This document shows, piece by piece, positions 1 to 10,002 of a stretch of DNA of 33,255 nt (position 1 is the first letter of the stretch; each line of letters starts with the position of its first letter). Origin of the DNA: Chthonomonas calidirosea (lineage in GTDB: Bacteria; Armatimonadota; Fimbriimonadia; Fimbriimonadales; Fimbriimonadaceae); NCBI GenBank assembly GCA_945859975.1, contig CAMAPH010000032.1:1-33255 (forward strand), written 5' to 3'. Both the position numbers and the translations under genes were made by a program. Under the pieces are notes generated by a model. The model was not told where the DNA came from and ran no database searches. It saw only the letters and a list, made by a program, of their open reading frames with translations.

Positions 1-891
1 TCCCAGGTTTCCCCCCAAATGCTTCAGATGCCTCAAGCCGAACGCAAGCAGATGCAAGCAAAGGCTGAACAAAAGCTCAAGGAGCTTCAGCAGCAACTTG
101 CAGATATCCAAAAGAGGCTGGATGAAATCAAGAAAAAGCTTGAGCAAAAAGGGCTCTCCGCCGAAGAACGAAAGAAGCTGGAAGAAGAGCAGAAGGCCCT
201 TGAAGCCCAAAAGAAACGGCTGGAGGAAGAAGCCAAAGCCGCAAAGGAACTTGCCGATGCCCTCAAGCTGAGCGAGGAAGCAAAGAGTGTCCTCGAGAAG
301 ATGCGCAATCACGCGGTCATGGAAGAAATACGCGCGCTCGCCAGGCAGATGGCGAAAGAGAGCCAACAGTCGGCGAAGACTGGACAGCCGAAACTCACGA
401 AGGAGCAACTCGAAGAGCTCAGGCGCCGGATGGAAGAACTGCTGGCCAAGCTTGAGGATGACGCCGCGATGGAGGAGTACCTCAAGCAGCTTTTGGAAGC
501 CATGAAAAAAGCTGGAGACTGCCAAGGGCAATGCATGCGTCCAGGCGGTTTAGGGGCAAAGTTAGCCGCGCTACTCGGGATTCGAGGAGGGCCTTCCTCG
601 GATGAAGACGACAACTTTATGGACTCCGGGCACGTCAACATGCTCGACAAGGCGGTCGAGGGCAAGGGCAAAACGTTCACCACATCGGTGTCCGGAACAA
701 GGCGAGAAACCGGTGAGGAAACCTTCATCGAGATCAAAGCCCCGACGATGCTCGGCAACCGCACATCGGTGCCCTATAAGTCGGTGCTCCCAAGCTACAA
801 CCGAAAGGCGGAAGAAGCGCTTAACCGAAAAGAAATTCCCAAAGAACACGAAAAGCGAGTTCGAGAGTATTTCAAGAGCCTCACCAAGTAA
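1..891 (+). CDS. C-terminal part of a long coiled-coil protein of the type found in MoxR/vWA operons (5' end outside window)
   Basis: Frame is open from base 1. Q/E/K-rich heptad region, Gly-rich linker and C-terminal motif VPY..V...Y...AEEAL....IP......VREYF..L. Stop lies 5 nt before moxR. Confidence 0.75.
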   Translation, partial: SQVSPQMLQMPQAERKQMQAKAEQKLKELQQQLADIQKRLDEIKKKLEQKGLSAEERKKLEEEQKALEAQKKRLEEEAKAAKELADALKLSEEAKSVLEKMRNHAVMEEIRALARQMAKESQQSAKTGQPKLTKEQLEELRRRMEELLAKLEDDAAMEEYLKQLLEAMKKAGDCQGQCMRPGGLGAKLAALLGIRGGPSSDEDDNFMDSGHVNMLDKAVEGKGKTFTTSVSGTRRETGEETFIEIKAPTMLGNRTSVPYKSVLPSYNRKAEEALNRKEIPKEHEKRVREYFKSLTK

Positions 892-896
892 TCGAT

Positions 897-1883
897 ATGC
901 AAGAAGACGCCAAGTGGTTTCGAGAGACGTTTGAGTCGGTTCGGCAAGAGGTCGCCCGAGCGGTGGTCGGTCAGGCGGAAATCGTTGAGGGGGTCCTTGC
1001 CGGCCTTGCGGCCAACGGGCACGTTCTCCTGGAGGGAATGCCGGGGCTCGGAAAGACGCTCCTTGTTCGGACGCTCTCCGAAGCGCTGGAACTCGGCTTC
1101 AGCCGAATTCAGTTCACGCCCGACATGATGCCAGCGGACGTAACGGGCACCCAAGTTTTGGGCGAGAACCGGGCATTCGAGTACCGTCCCGGACCGATCT
1201 TTGCAAATATCGTTCTCGCCGACGAAATCAACCGCGCCACGCCCAAAACTCAGTCCGCAATGTTGGAAGCGATGCAGGAACGAGCCGTTACCGCCGGCGG
1301 TAAGCGACACCAATTGCCAGAGCCGTTTCTTGTGATGGCGACCCAAAACCCGGTGGAGCAGGAAGGCACGTATCCGTTGCCAGAAGCTCAGCTGGACCGG
1401 TTCTTCGTCAAGCTGATCGTCCCGTATCCAACCAAGGCTGAACTCTCAGAGATTGTCCTTCGGACCACCAGCCGAGAAGAGGTTGCCCCGTCACGCGTTG
1501 CCGGACAAGGCGACGTTCTGAGGATGCGCCAGATTGTCCGGTCGGTCGTCGTCGATCCCGAAGTGTTGGGCTTTGCGCTATCGCTCGTGGTGGCGACTCA
1601 TCCGGAAGGTGATGGAGCATCGAGTGTCTCGAAGCGATATGCCCGCTACGGCGCCTCGCCCCGAGGAGCCCAGTCGATCGTCACCTTAGCGAAGGTGTTT
1701 GCGCTTCTATCCGACCGGCAAAACGCTTCCAAAGGCGATGTGCTCCGCGCCCTCAAACCGACGTTGCGGCACCGCATCTTGCTCAACTTCGAAGCTGAGG
1801 CAGATGGCATCACGCCGGACGCATTCTTGGATAGCGTGGCCGAGCAGGTTGGCAAGGCCGACTTAGACCCCGTTCGACTCTAG
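897..1883 (+). CDS. moxR: MoxR-family AAA+ ATPase
   Basis: Walker A GMPGLGKT, RIQFTPDMMPADVTG, Walker B LADEINRA, MATQNPVEQEGTYPLPEAQLDRF, GASPRG. Confidence 0.95.
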   Translation: MQEDAKWFRETFESVRQEVARAVVGQAEIVEGVLAGLAANGHVLLEGMPGLGKTLLVRTLSEALELGFSRIQFTPDMMPADVTGTQVLGENRAFEYRPGPIFANIVLADEINRATPKTQSAMLEAMQERAVTAGGKRHQLPEPFLVMATQNPVEQEGTYPLPEAQLDRFFVKLIVPYPTKAELSEIVLRTTSREEVAPSRVAGQGDVLRMRQIVRSVVVDPEVLGFALSLVVATHPEGDGASSVSKRYARYGASPRGAQSIVTLAKVFALLSDRQNASKGDVLRALKPTLRHRILLNFEAEADGITPDAFLDSVAEQVGKADLDPVRL

Positions 1884-1890
1884 ACGCGGC

Positions 1891-2766
1891 ATGGACCTTC
1901 TGCTCCCGCCTCGAACCTTTCGAATGCTGGAAGGCTTGCGCGTTTCGCCGCGCAAGAGCCAACCGGGTCGCGTTCGTGGCGAACGCCTCACGCGCCGCGC
2001 TGGCCTTTCGATCGAGTTTGCGGATTATCGCGATTACGCCGAAGGCGACGATTTGCGCCACCTCGACTGGAACGTGTTGGCGCGCCTCGACAGCCCGGTG
2101 ATGCGAACCTACCGCGACGAAGAGGACCTCGCGGTACACGTGCTCATCGACGATTCGCCGAGCATGGCTTTTGGCGAGCCGACGAAGTTGATGGTGGCCA
2201 GAAACCTCGCCGCCGCCCTTGGCTACATTGCTCTGTGCGGCGGAGATGCGCTGCTCCCGGTACGGCTTGGTCGCCGAGAAGCACCGGTATCGGCTTTGCG
2301 CGGTCGCTCATCCTTTGGCCGATTCGCGGCGTGGCTAGGCCGAGAGGTTGCTGACGATGCGCCGACGTCGCTTTCAACCTCCCTGCGATCCTTCGCCAAC
2401 TCGCGCAATCGGGCCGGGGTTGCCATTGTGCTTTCGGATGGCCTTGATCCCGAAGCCGCGAACGCAATTCGGGCGCTCGTGGGACGCGGTCACGAAGTTT
2501 GGTTGGTGCAAATTCTCAGCGACCTTGATCTGCGACCTGACCTTGAGGGTGATCTCCGATTGGTTGATGGAGAGGGAGGCCGGCCAACCGATATCACCGC
2601 GAACTCGATTGCCCTCCGAAAGTATCAAGAAAACCTGCGCCAACACAACGAGAGCCTCGCCGATTCTGCCAAGCGGGGCGGCGGAAGATATGCCGTCTAC
2701 GAGACTTCACGCCCCCTCGAAGCCTTCATCCGGGACACCCTGAAACGCGAGGGGTGGATCCATTGA
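1891..2766 (+). CDS. DUF58 domain protein (vWA-like MoxR partner)
   Basis: EFADYRDYAEGDDLRHLDWN signature, MIDAS-like DDSPSM, VLSDG; directly follows moxR. Confidence 0.92.
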   Translation: MDLLLPPRTFRMLEGLRVSPRKSQPGRVRGERLTRRAGLSIEFADYRDYAEGDDLRHLDWNVLARLDSPVMRTYRDEEDLAVHVLIDDSPSMAFGEPTKLMVARNLAAALGYIALCGGDALLPVRLGRREAPVSALRGRSSFGRFAAWLGREVADDAPTSLSTSLRSFANSRNRAGVAIVLSDGLDPEAANAIRALVGRGHEVWLVQILSDLDLRPDLEGDLRLVDGEGGRPTDITANSIALRKYQENLRQHNESLADSAKRGGGRYAVYETSRPLEAFIRDTLKREGWIH

Positions 2767-4571
2767 ACTTTGCTCGCCCGGATGCATTTCTGGTGTTTAT
2801 CCCACTTGCCGCCGTGATCATCGCGCTTTATTTGCTGCGAATGCGGCGACGGGAAATGCAAGTCCCGGCAACTTTTCTTTGGCCGACGCACACGGAGGAA
2901 GTAAGAGCGAACACCTTTTTCCAAAAGCTGAAACCTAGTTGGCTGCTGTTCTTGCAGCTGCTAGCTTTGGCGGTGATCGTCGGCTGTATCGCGCGACCGC
3001 AGTTGGTTCAGCGAGGATTGACCGGCGAGATCACGGTTTTGGTGCTGGATAGCAGCGCCTCCATGGGCGCGACCGACGTTGCGCCGAGTCGGTTCGAAGA
3101 GGCAAAGCGACTTGCCCGGGCGGCAATTGAATCCGCTCGCCCTGGTGACCGCATCGCCATGGTCGAAGCAGGACCGGTGCCGCGAGTTGTGTTTTCACTT
3201 TCCAGCGACCCCGTCCGTCAATTGGCTGACCTGCAGTCGCTGCGCGTCACCGACGCAGAAACCGACGTTGGCGAAGCCATGCGGCTCGCCTCGGCAATCG
3301 TCTCGGGAACGGAAGGGGCGCGGATTGTTCTGCTCAGTGACGGCGTTTTTGAACGGATTGATGACTTCTCGCAAGGCAAGGCGTCAGTGGTGTTTCAAAG
3401 CATTGGGCAGTCCGGCGAGAACCTCGCGATCGATGCGTTTGGGGCGTCGGAATCACAAAAAGGCAAGCTCCTCTTCGCCAGCGTTCGAAACTTTGGCGAC
3501 AAGGCGGTCACGACGAACCTTACGGTTTTCGCCGATGGAAAGGTGATCGACTCGGCCCAAATTACAGTTTCGCCGCAAAAATCCCAGAGTCGAACCATCA
3601 ACGTTCCCGCCGGATCCACGTTGTTCGAGGCCAAGATTGATGCCAAAGACGGCTTGGCTGCAGATAACTATGCCGCCCTGTCGGCCGATCCAGCGGCCTC
3701 GTTACAAGTTCTCAAAGTTGGTGGCGAGGATCCGTTCCTGGATCGTGCGCTGGCCCTCGACCCTCGGGTGACGCTGGATCGCGCAGACTCGTTGCCGCTG
3801 GATGGCGGGATCAGCTACGACATCGTCGTCTTTGATGGAGTACCGGCAGAGCCGACCACGAGTCGTGGAGTCTTGATTCTTGGCAAGGCCGGAACGGGGA
3901 GCCCAGTTACGGCAAGCGGCACCGCTAAGCGGCCCAAGTTCAGTGGTGCAACCACGAATCCGCTCATGCAAGGAGTTGACCTAGATGGCGTCTACATCGA
4001 GGAAATCGAAGTGGTGCAGCCGAAGGGAAGTGCGGAAGTTCTTGCCCGATCTGCCGCTGGCCCCCTGATCGTTGCCGACAAAAAGCCCAGTCAGCGCTCG
4101 GTGTACCTAGCATTCTCGCCTCTCGAAAGTGACTTTCCGCTCCAGATTGGATTCCCGATTTTTGTCTCGAACATGTTGGACTTCCTAGGTGGAGAAGCGG
4201 GCGAAGGACCGCTCATCGTACCGGTTGGTCGACCTTTTTCGTTGCCCGCAACGACCCCAACCGCGTCGCTCAAGGTGCCAGACGGAAACGATGTTCGACT
4301 GAAGTCGAACGGCGGCGCGGTGACGATTCGCGAGGCCAAGCGCGTTGGCACCTACTCGTTCCGAGCCGGTAACGCGGAGCGCAAGTTGATTGCCGTGCTC
4401 CAGAGCCCGCGCGAGTCGGCATTGGCCCCCGAACGAGAAATCGCGCTTGCCAAGAAACCGGTGAAATCGACCGACGCCCCGCTTCGGTTTGCCGATTTTT
4501 GGCAGCCGTTGGTGTTGCTTGGCCTGCTTGTCCTTAGCGCCGAGTGGTGGCTTTATGCGAGGCGAAGTTAG
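2754..4571 (+). CDS. BatA-like N-terminal domain + vWA domain membrane protein
   Basis: N-terminal double hydrophobic segment (LYLLRMRRREMQVPATFLW ... IARP), MIDAS LDSSASM, VLLSDG, C-terminal TM ending AEWWLY; overlaps the DUF58 stop. Confidence 0.88.
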   Translation: MDPLNFARPDAFLVFIPLAAVIIALYLLRMRRREMQVPATFLWPTHTEEVRANTFFQKLKPSWLLFLQLLALAVIVGCIARPQLVQRGLTGEITVLVLDSSASMGATDVAPSRFEEAKRLARAAIESARPGDRIAMVEAGPVPRVVFSLSSDPVRQLADLQSLRVTDAETDVGEAMRLASAIVSGTEGARIVLLSDGVFERIDDFSQGKASVVFQSIGQSGENLAIDAFGASESQKGKLLFASVRNFGDKAVTTNLTVFADGKVIDSAQITVSPQKSQSRTINVPAGSTLFEAKIDAKDGLAADNYAALSADPAASLQVLKVGGEDPFLDRALALDPRVTLDRADSLPLDGGISYDIVVFDGVPAEPTTSRGVLILGKAGTGSPVTASGTAKRPKFSGATTNPLMQGVDLDGVYIEEIEVVQPKGSAEVLARSAAGPLIVADKKPSQRSVYLAFSPLESDFPLQIGFPIFVSNMLDFLGGEAGEGPLIVPVGRPFSLPATTPTASLKVPDGNDVRLKSNGGAVTIREAKRVGTYSFRAGNAERKLIAVLQSPRESALAPEREIALAKKPVKSTDAPLRFADFWQPLVLLGLLVLSAEWWLYARRS

Positions 4572-4574
4572 GCC

Positions 4575-7373
4575 ATGCGCTTTACTCAGCCCGCGTTTTT
4601 GATCCTGCTTTTGCCGATGCTGGCCGGGCTCTGGTTTAGCTTTCGGCACGTGCACGGCATGGCAAAGGGCCGAAAGTGGTTTGCGTTTGTGCTTCGCGGC
4701 TTGCTTGCGGCGGCCCTAATCATTGCTTTGGCCGGGCCCGAGGATCGACGACCGAATCGCGGAGTTGCCACGATCTTCCTCCTAGATCGAAGCGATTCAA
4801 TTCCAGAAGCTGATCGAAAAGTTGCTGAGCAGTTCGTGAGCAAATCGCTTCAGGCGCTGGGGCCGGATGACGTCGGCGGAGTGATCGCCTTTGGAAAAAT
4901 CCCGGCGGTCGACGCCTCGATGACCGGAAGGCGAGAACTGGGTCGCGTTCAAACGTCGGTGGACGCGAGCGCTTCCGACGTTGCTTCCGCGATCCGGCTC
5001 GCAAGCGCAACCTTTCCCAGCGGAAAAGCGCGCCGGATCGTTCTGCTGAGCGACGGAAACGAGACCCGGGGCGATGCGGCCGGCGCTGCCCAAGTCGCCG
5101 CAACGGACGGAATCACCATCGATACCGTCGTGCTCCCGGGCCGGGAAAAGACCGCGGAAGCCGCCGTGATTGCGCTCGACACGCCCGACGAGACTCGTCT
5201 GGATCGTCCGTTTGACTTGCTCGTGCGGGTGGAATCCACGATTAGCCAAAGCGCAACTCTGGATATAGACCGTGATGGGGCGTTGCTCAAGAGCGTTCCG
5301 GTGAAGCTCAGCGAAGGTGAGAACCGCATTCTCGTGCAAGACAAACTCGCGAAGACCGGAATTCACCGCTACCGGGCAACGGTACGGGCCAAACAAGATG
5401 GCGATTCCCGCAACAACATTGGACTCGGATTCACCTCGGTGAAAGGTCGACCGCGTGTTTTGCTCGCCCAAGCGGACACCGCCCGCCGCGAGCTTTTGAC
5501 TGCGCTCGTCGCTGAAGGCTGGACAGTGGACCTGCGTACCGCGGCTGACTTGCCTTACCGGCCGGAGGAGTACTCGACATACGATGCGATCTTCTTTAAC
5601 GACATCAGCGCGGACACCGTGTCGGAGAGCCAAATGCGAATGGTCCACGCGGCAATCCGCGACGCTGGCGTTGGGTTCGGCATGGTCGGGGGCGAGAACA
5701 GCTTCCTCCCCGGTGGCTGGTATGGCACGTCGATCGCGGAAGCATTGCCCGTCGATCTGAACGTTCGGCAACGGAAAAGCTTTCCGAGCACGGCCATCGC
5801 CATCATGGTGGATTCCTCCGGTTCGATGAGTGCCGTCGAGGACGGTTTCCCCAAAATTCGGCTTGCCGCGAAAGCAGCCGAGCAGACCGTGCGCATGCTC
5901 TCCAACTTCGACAAAGCCGCCGTGGCATCGAGCAGCGATGGAATTGAGTTCGTCGTTCCGATGCAAAAGCTGATCAACAAGTCCAGCGTCATCAGCCAGG
6001 TTCAACGATTGGATGTCAATGGTGGAGGCATCTACGTTTATCCGACCATGGTCAAGGCCTCAGAAGTCTTGAACAAAGATGATTCGAAGGTTCGGCACCA
6101 CATTCTGCTCGCCGACGGCGCGGACTCGAATTCGCAGGAAGGCGCCATCGCGGTGGCCATGCAGATGCGAGCAAACAAGATAACCACCTCGGTGGTGAGT
6201 ATTGGCTCTGGCAAGGATGTCGCATTCTTAAGGTCGCTTGCCGCCGCCGGTGGAGGGCGGTTCTATCTGGCCAACCGAGCCGCCCAATTACCGGCGATCT
6301 TCACCCAAGACACCGCGGTGATGAGTCGATCTGCGATTGAAGAGGGAGCATTTTTGCCGCGATTGGTGGGTGGCGATGACCTACTGAGTGGCATTTCAGC
6401 GACCCCGCCTCTTCTCGCGTACTGCCTAACCGACCGTCGTCCGCTAGCGAAAACGTCGATGCTTGCGAAACAGGACGACCCGCTTCTCGCAACTTGGCAG
6501 TACGGACTCGGAACATCGCTTGCATTTACCAGCGACGCGACCGCCCGATGGGCGAGAAACTGGATCGGCTGGCCCGGCTTTGGGGCATTTTGGTCACAGG
6601 CAACACGCGCCATTTCCCGGCGAAACACTCTGAACCAGTATCAGGCCGTGGTCACCCAAAACGCGGGCAAGGGGCAGGTCGAAATTGCGGCGTCCGACAG
6701 TCTCGGAAACCCGGTGATCAACAACGAAGCTAAAGTTCGAGTGGTTGGACCGACGGGTAAAGCAGCCGACGTTCCCATGACGCAAGTTTCCCCCGGACGG
6801 TTCACCGGCAGTTTCGAAGCTGGAGACATCGGAAGCTATCTGGTGACGGTCGCGGAGCCAGACCCGAAGGGTGGCGTTCGGTCTCGCACGACCGGCTTCA
6901 GCTTGCCGTACCCAGCGGAGTACCGAACAGTACGGCCGAATCGTCCCCTGTTGGCGCGGATGAGCGAAGTCACCGGAGGGAAAGTTCTGACGAATCCGAA
7001 CGAGGCGGTTCGAGCAGTGAAAGATCCTGGGGAGTCCATTTCCGAACTCTGGATGTACTTTGTCCTGTTCGCCGCCGTGCTGCTTCCGCTGGATATCGGC
7101 GTCCGCCGCGTGGCGCTTCCGCTACGCGAAATCTTTGGAAAACTGGCGGCGAAACTTAAGCGAGCCCCGGCTCCGGTTGCCTCCGAAGAGCGAGTGGGCC
7201 GGCTTCAGCAAGCAAAGGCACGGGCCAGCACGGTCACCGTAGAACCAGGAATAAAGGTCGAGGCATCTGCGCCAGCGGCAAATCGGCCAAAGCCGCAAGT
7301 CCCGGTACCGGAGTCGAAAGCGACCTCGGAAACCCTACTTGCGGCAAAACGAAAGCGTAAGTCCGGCGAATAA
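4575..7373 (+). CDS. Membrane protein with two vWA domains and a glutamine-amidotransferase-like domain
   Basis: MIDAS motifs LDRSDSI and VDSSGSM; LLSDGNET; GFGMVGGENSF..GGW..T.IAEALPV; PLLATWQYGLG; N- and C-terminal TM segments. Confidence 0.88.
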   Translation: MRFTQPAFLILLLPMLAGLWFSFRHVHGMAKGRKWFAFVLRGLLAAALIIALAGPEDRRPNRGVATIFLLDRSDSIPEADRKVAEQFVSKSLQALGPDDVGGVIAFGKIPAVDASMTGRRELGRVQTSVDASASDVASAIRLASATFPSGKARRIVLLSDGNETRGDAAGAAQVAATDGITIDTVVLPGREKTAEAAVIALDTPDETRLDRPFDLLVRVESTISQSATLDIDRDGALLKSVPVKLSEGENRILVQDKLAKTGIHRYRATVRAKQDGDSRNNIGLGFTSVKGRPRVLLAQADTARRELLTALVAEGWTVDLRTAADLPYRPEEYSTYDAIFFNDISADTVSESQMRMVHAAIRDAGVGFGMVGGENSFLPGGWYGTSIAEALPVDLNVRQRKSFPSTAIAIMVDSSGSMSAVEDGFPKIRLAAKAAEQTVRMLSNFDKAAVASSSDGIEFVVPMQKLINKSSVISQVQRLDVNGGGIYVYPTMVKASEVLNKDDSKVRHHILLADGADSNSQEGAIAVAMQMRANKITTSVVSIGSGKDVAFLRSLAAAGGGRFYLANRAAQLPAIFTQDTAVMSRSAIEEGAFLPRLVGGDDLLSGISATPPLLAYCLTDRRPLAKTSMLAKQDDPLLATWQYGLGTSLAFTSDATARWARNWIGWPGFGAFWSQATRAISRRNTLNQYQAVVTQNAGKGQVEIAASDSLGNPVINNEAKVRVVGPTGKAADVPMTQVSPGRFTGSFEAGDIGSYLVTVAEPDPKGGVRSRTTGFSLPYPAEYRTVRPNRPLLARMSEVTGGKVLTNPNEAVRAVKDPGESISELWMYFVLFAAVLLPLDIGVRRVALPLREIFGKLAAKLKRAPAPVASEERVGRLQQAKARASTVTVEPGIKVEASAPAANRPKPQVPVPESKATSETLLAAKRKRKSGE

Positions 7374-7378
7374 GGAGT

Positions 7379-7939
7379 TCAGGCCAATCGCTGAATCGCG
7401 CTGTCAAGCGCAAAACCAAACTCTTCTTTCAGCTTCGCGACGAGTTCGGGCATGCTGGCCGGATCTTCTTTCCGAGCCGTTCTTTGTTCGTCAATGAGCT
7501 TTAGCAACTGCTTCACTTCACCCGTGCTCGGTTCATCAAGCAACTGCCAAACCGTGAGCCAATCGGCTTGTTGCTGCTTCTGGATTCGCACGACCATTCC
7601 ACGTGCGTCGGCGAGGTTGTCGGCGGTTGGTTCTACGTGTCCCAAAAGCGCCCTGAGCCCTTCGCGGTAGCGCGGCTTCATGGCGTCGCTGACGGGCAAC
7701 CGACCAAAGTCCCCTTCGTGAAGAAGCACCTGCATGTGGAGCGGGGAGATCTTGACCACCCAACCGAGGATCTGTTCGCCGTTCATGATGCCTTCCGGCT
7801 GCCGGGCGTGAAGCTCGACCGTCCATCCCTTCGGCGCCTGGTTGCTGTGAACCTCGAACCTTCGGCCCCCGAGCGGCTTCACGATGATTGCGTTCAGCCA
7901 CGCGCCGATTTTGAGGTGGTTTGACGGGGTGGATTCCAT
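7379..7939 (-). CDS. Hypothetical protein (beta-rich N-terminus, helical C-terminus)
   Basis: 186-aa ORF filling the gap, convergent with the vWA operon; CACAAT -10-like hexamer 5 nt upstream of ATG. Confidence 0.7.
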   Translation of the reverse strand: MESTPSNHLKIGAWLNAIIVKPLGGRRFEVHSNQAPKGWTVELHARQPEGIMNGEQILGWVVKISPLHMQVLLHEGDFGRLPVSDAMKPRYREGLRALLGHVEPTADNLADARGMVVRIQKQQQADWLTVWQLLDEPSTGEVKQLLKLIDEQRTARKEDPASMPELVAKLKEEFGFALDSAIQRLA

Positions 7940-7984
7940 GCTCCATTGTGGCGTGAATCGCTGGACTTAGGTTGTAATCACCAG

Positions 7985-8013
7985 TTCACATCCGCGAGAC
8001 GCCGCACTATACT
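7985..8013 (+). promoter_or_regulatory. Sigma70-type promoter for the GH32 gene
   Basis: TTCACA (7985-7990), 17 nt, TATACT (8008-8013); ATG 11 nt downstream. Confidence 0.65.
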
Positions 8014-8024
8014 GGGGCAGAAAC

Positions 8025-9368
8025 ATGCTCATTCCGCCGGTGCCTATGCTAGAAAACGAACGACTGCGTCCACAGTTCCACTTCACGGCCCGCAGCGGAT
8101 GGCTGAATGATCCCAACGGCTTGGTTTACGATCGCGGCGAGTATCACCTCTTCTACCAACACAATCCGCATGGCACGGAATGGGGGAACATGACTTGGGG
8201 GCATGCGGTGAGTTCGGACCTGTTCCATTGGAAAGACCTACCGAACGCGATTGAGCCAGATGCGCTCGGAACAATTTTCTCCGGCTCGGCGATCATCGAT
8301 GCCAAGAACGAAGCGGGCTTTGGCAGGCGCGCCATGTTGTGCTTTTACACCTCCGCCGGTGGCACAAACGAAGAATCAAAAGGGAAGCCGTTCACCCAGT
8401 GCCTTGCTTACTCGAAAGATGGCCGAACGTTTACGAAGAATGTGGCTAATCCAATTGTTCCCAATATTGAAGGTGCCGATCGGGATCCGAAGATTGTTTG
8501 GGATAGCGAGCACCAGCAATGGCTAATGGCCCTGTACTTGGAATATGCACCCAACTCGGGAAAGCGGGGTGGCTATTTCACTTTGCTTCGATCCACCAAC
8601 TTGCTGAGTTGGACCAGGATTTCTGACTTTCCACTCGGGGTCGGCGACGAGTGCCCGGACTTCTTTCAACTACCTGTGCCAGGAGCAAAGGAGAAGAAGT
8701 GGGTCTTTAGCGTTGCCAACGGGAACTACATGATTGGCAGTTTCGATGGCAAAACGTTTCACCCAGAAACGCCCGTGCTGCCAACCAACTTCGGCAACGC
8801 GGCATACGCAGCCCAAACTTACAGCAACGTGCCAAGAGGTGAAGTGATTCAGATTTCTTGGATGCAGGGATCAAACTTTCCGGGATGCAGTTGGAATCAA
8901 CAGATGTCGGTACCGAACCGGCTACAACTGAAACACACGGCAGAGGGCCTTCGTTTAGCCATGCTGCCGGTGAAGCAGATCGAGAAACTCCGCGTTCGAG
9001 AGATTCCCGTGCTCGGGCAAGAGGTTTCTGTTCCGAGCGGTCTTATCGACTTTTCCGGCGAATGGCGCGGCGCCTTGGATTTGCAGATCAATGGTATCGA
9101 CATTCACTTCGACCCCGGAACTCGGAAGCTCCGCGCGTTGGATAAAGAAGCGGTGCTCGCTCCGTCAAGCGGCAAGTTCAAACTCCGGATACTTGCGGAT
9201 GTCACCTCGCTCGAAATCTACGCGCAAGATGGCCTGGCTTGGATGCCACTATTTCATCTCCCGAAGCCTGGCGATTTCAAGGGAATTCGGTTCCTTGGCG
9301 ATTCGGGAAACAAAGGCAAATTCCGCGCGTTCGAACTAAAAGGTGTCTGGGGCGACGACGGCAGATAG
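8025..9368 (+). CDS. Glycoside hydrolase family 32 (levanase/beta-fructofuranosidase-like)
   Basis: RPQFHF, catalytic WLNDPNG, WGHAVS, FSGS, RDP and ECP motifs; C-terminal D.TSLEIY beta-sandwich motif. Confidence 0.93.
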   Translation: MLIPPVPMLENERLRPQFHFTARSGWLNDPNGLVYDRGEYHLFYQHNPHGTEWGNMTWGHAVSSDLFHWKDLPNAIEPDALGTIFSGSAIIDAKNEAGFGRRAMLCFYTSAGGTNEESKGKPFTQCLAYSKDGRTFTKNVANPIVPNIEGADRDPKIVWDSEHQQWLMALYLEYAPNSGKRGGYFTLLRSTNLLSWTRISDFPLGVGDECPDFFQLPVPGAKEKKWVFSVANGNYMIGSFDGKTFHPETPVLPTNFGNAAYAAQTYSNVPRGEVIQISWMQGSNFPGCSWNQQMSVPNRLQLKHTAEGLRLAMLPVKQIEKLRVREIPVLGQEVSVPSGLIDFSGEWRGALDLQINGIDIHFDPGTRKLRALDKEAVLAPSSGKFKLRILADVTSLEIYAQDGLAWMPLFHLPKPGDFKGIRFLGDSGNKGKFRAFELKGVWGDDGR

Positions 9369-9428
9369 TCTCTGGCTTAGCCAATCGAATCGGGTGTTCG
9401 CGCTAGAATCTGTTGGAGAATCACGGGT

Positions 9429-9856
9429 TTAGGTTGTGCCCCATCGAACTAAGCCGCCCTTCAGGGTGGCGCAAACCGGGCCACCTTTGGCATCGGTACA
9501 GTGGATCGTCGCGTGAATGTTTCCCGTTGCAAGTTGATCGTGGGTGACCGAACCGAGAGGAATCTTTGCCCGCCGAAATCCGACCCAAGCTGGCCCGTGG
9601 AAGTGTCCCCAGCACAGGTAAGCGAATCGCTCTTGAGGAGTTCCGTGCGCAAACGGTCCGAGAAAGTTAGGTCGCTTGCCGGAAAGATCAACGCGGAACT
9701 CAAGTTCAAAAGTGGCGGTCTCGAGCGGAAGCTTCACGGCTGCACCACTTCTTTCCCGCGTTGCACGCCCAGCCAAATCTGCCCGTGCCCGTCCCAATTT
9801 GCGTCGGGAAGGTCGATGCATGTAAAAGTTGCTTTTATGATCGCTTCGTCGGCCAT
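9429..9856 (-). pseudogene. DUF5990-like gene interrupted by a 1-nt frameshift
   Basis: ATG at 9856 gives MADEAIIKATFTCIDLPDANWDGHGQIWLGVQRGKEVVQP* (stop 9734-9736); the rest (AVKLPLETATF...GPFAHGTPQERFAYLCWG...FRRAKIPL...TDAKGGPVCATL) continues in another frame. Confidence 0.7.
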
Positions 9857-10002
9857 GACTGGAAGCGAGTTTAGCTTTTGTCCGGATTCTAAACGTGGCT
9901 CAAGCTTGTGCTAAACGACTACCTCAACCCTTCTCCGTCTGCCCGTTAGGCTAGGACCTTGCGCCAACGAGCCGCGGTATCGCGGGTACGGTTGAAACTG
10001 TT

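Noticed and set aside
4797..6005. 402-aa minus-strand ORF
   Set aside because: Entirely antisense to the vWA gene; no motifs; typical shadow ORF of GC-biased codon usage.
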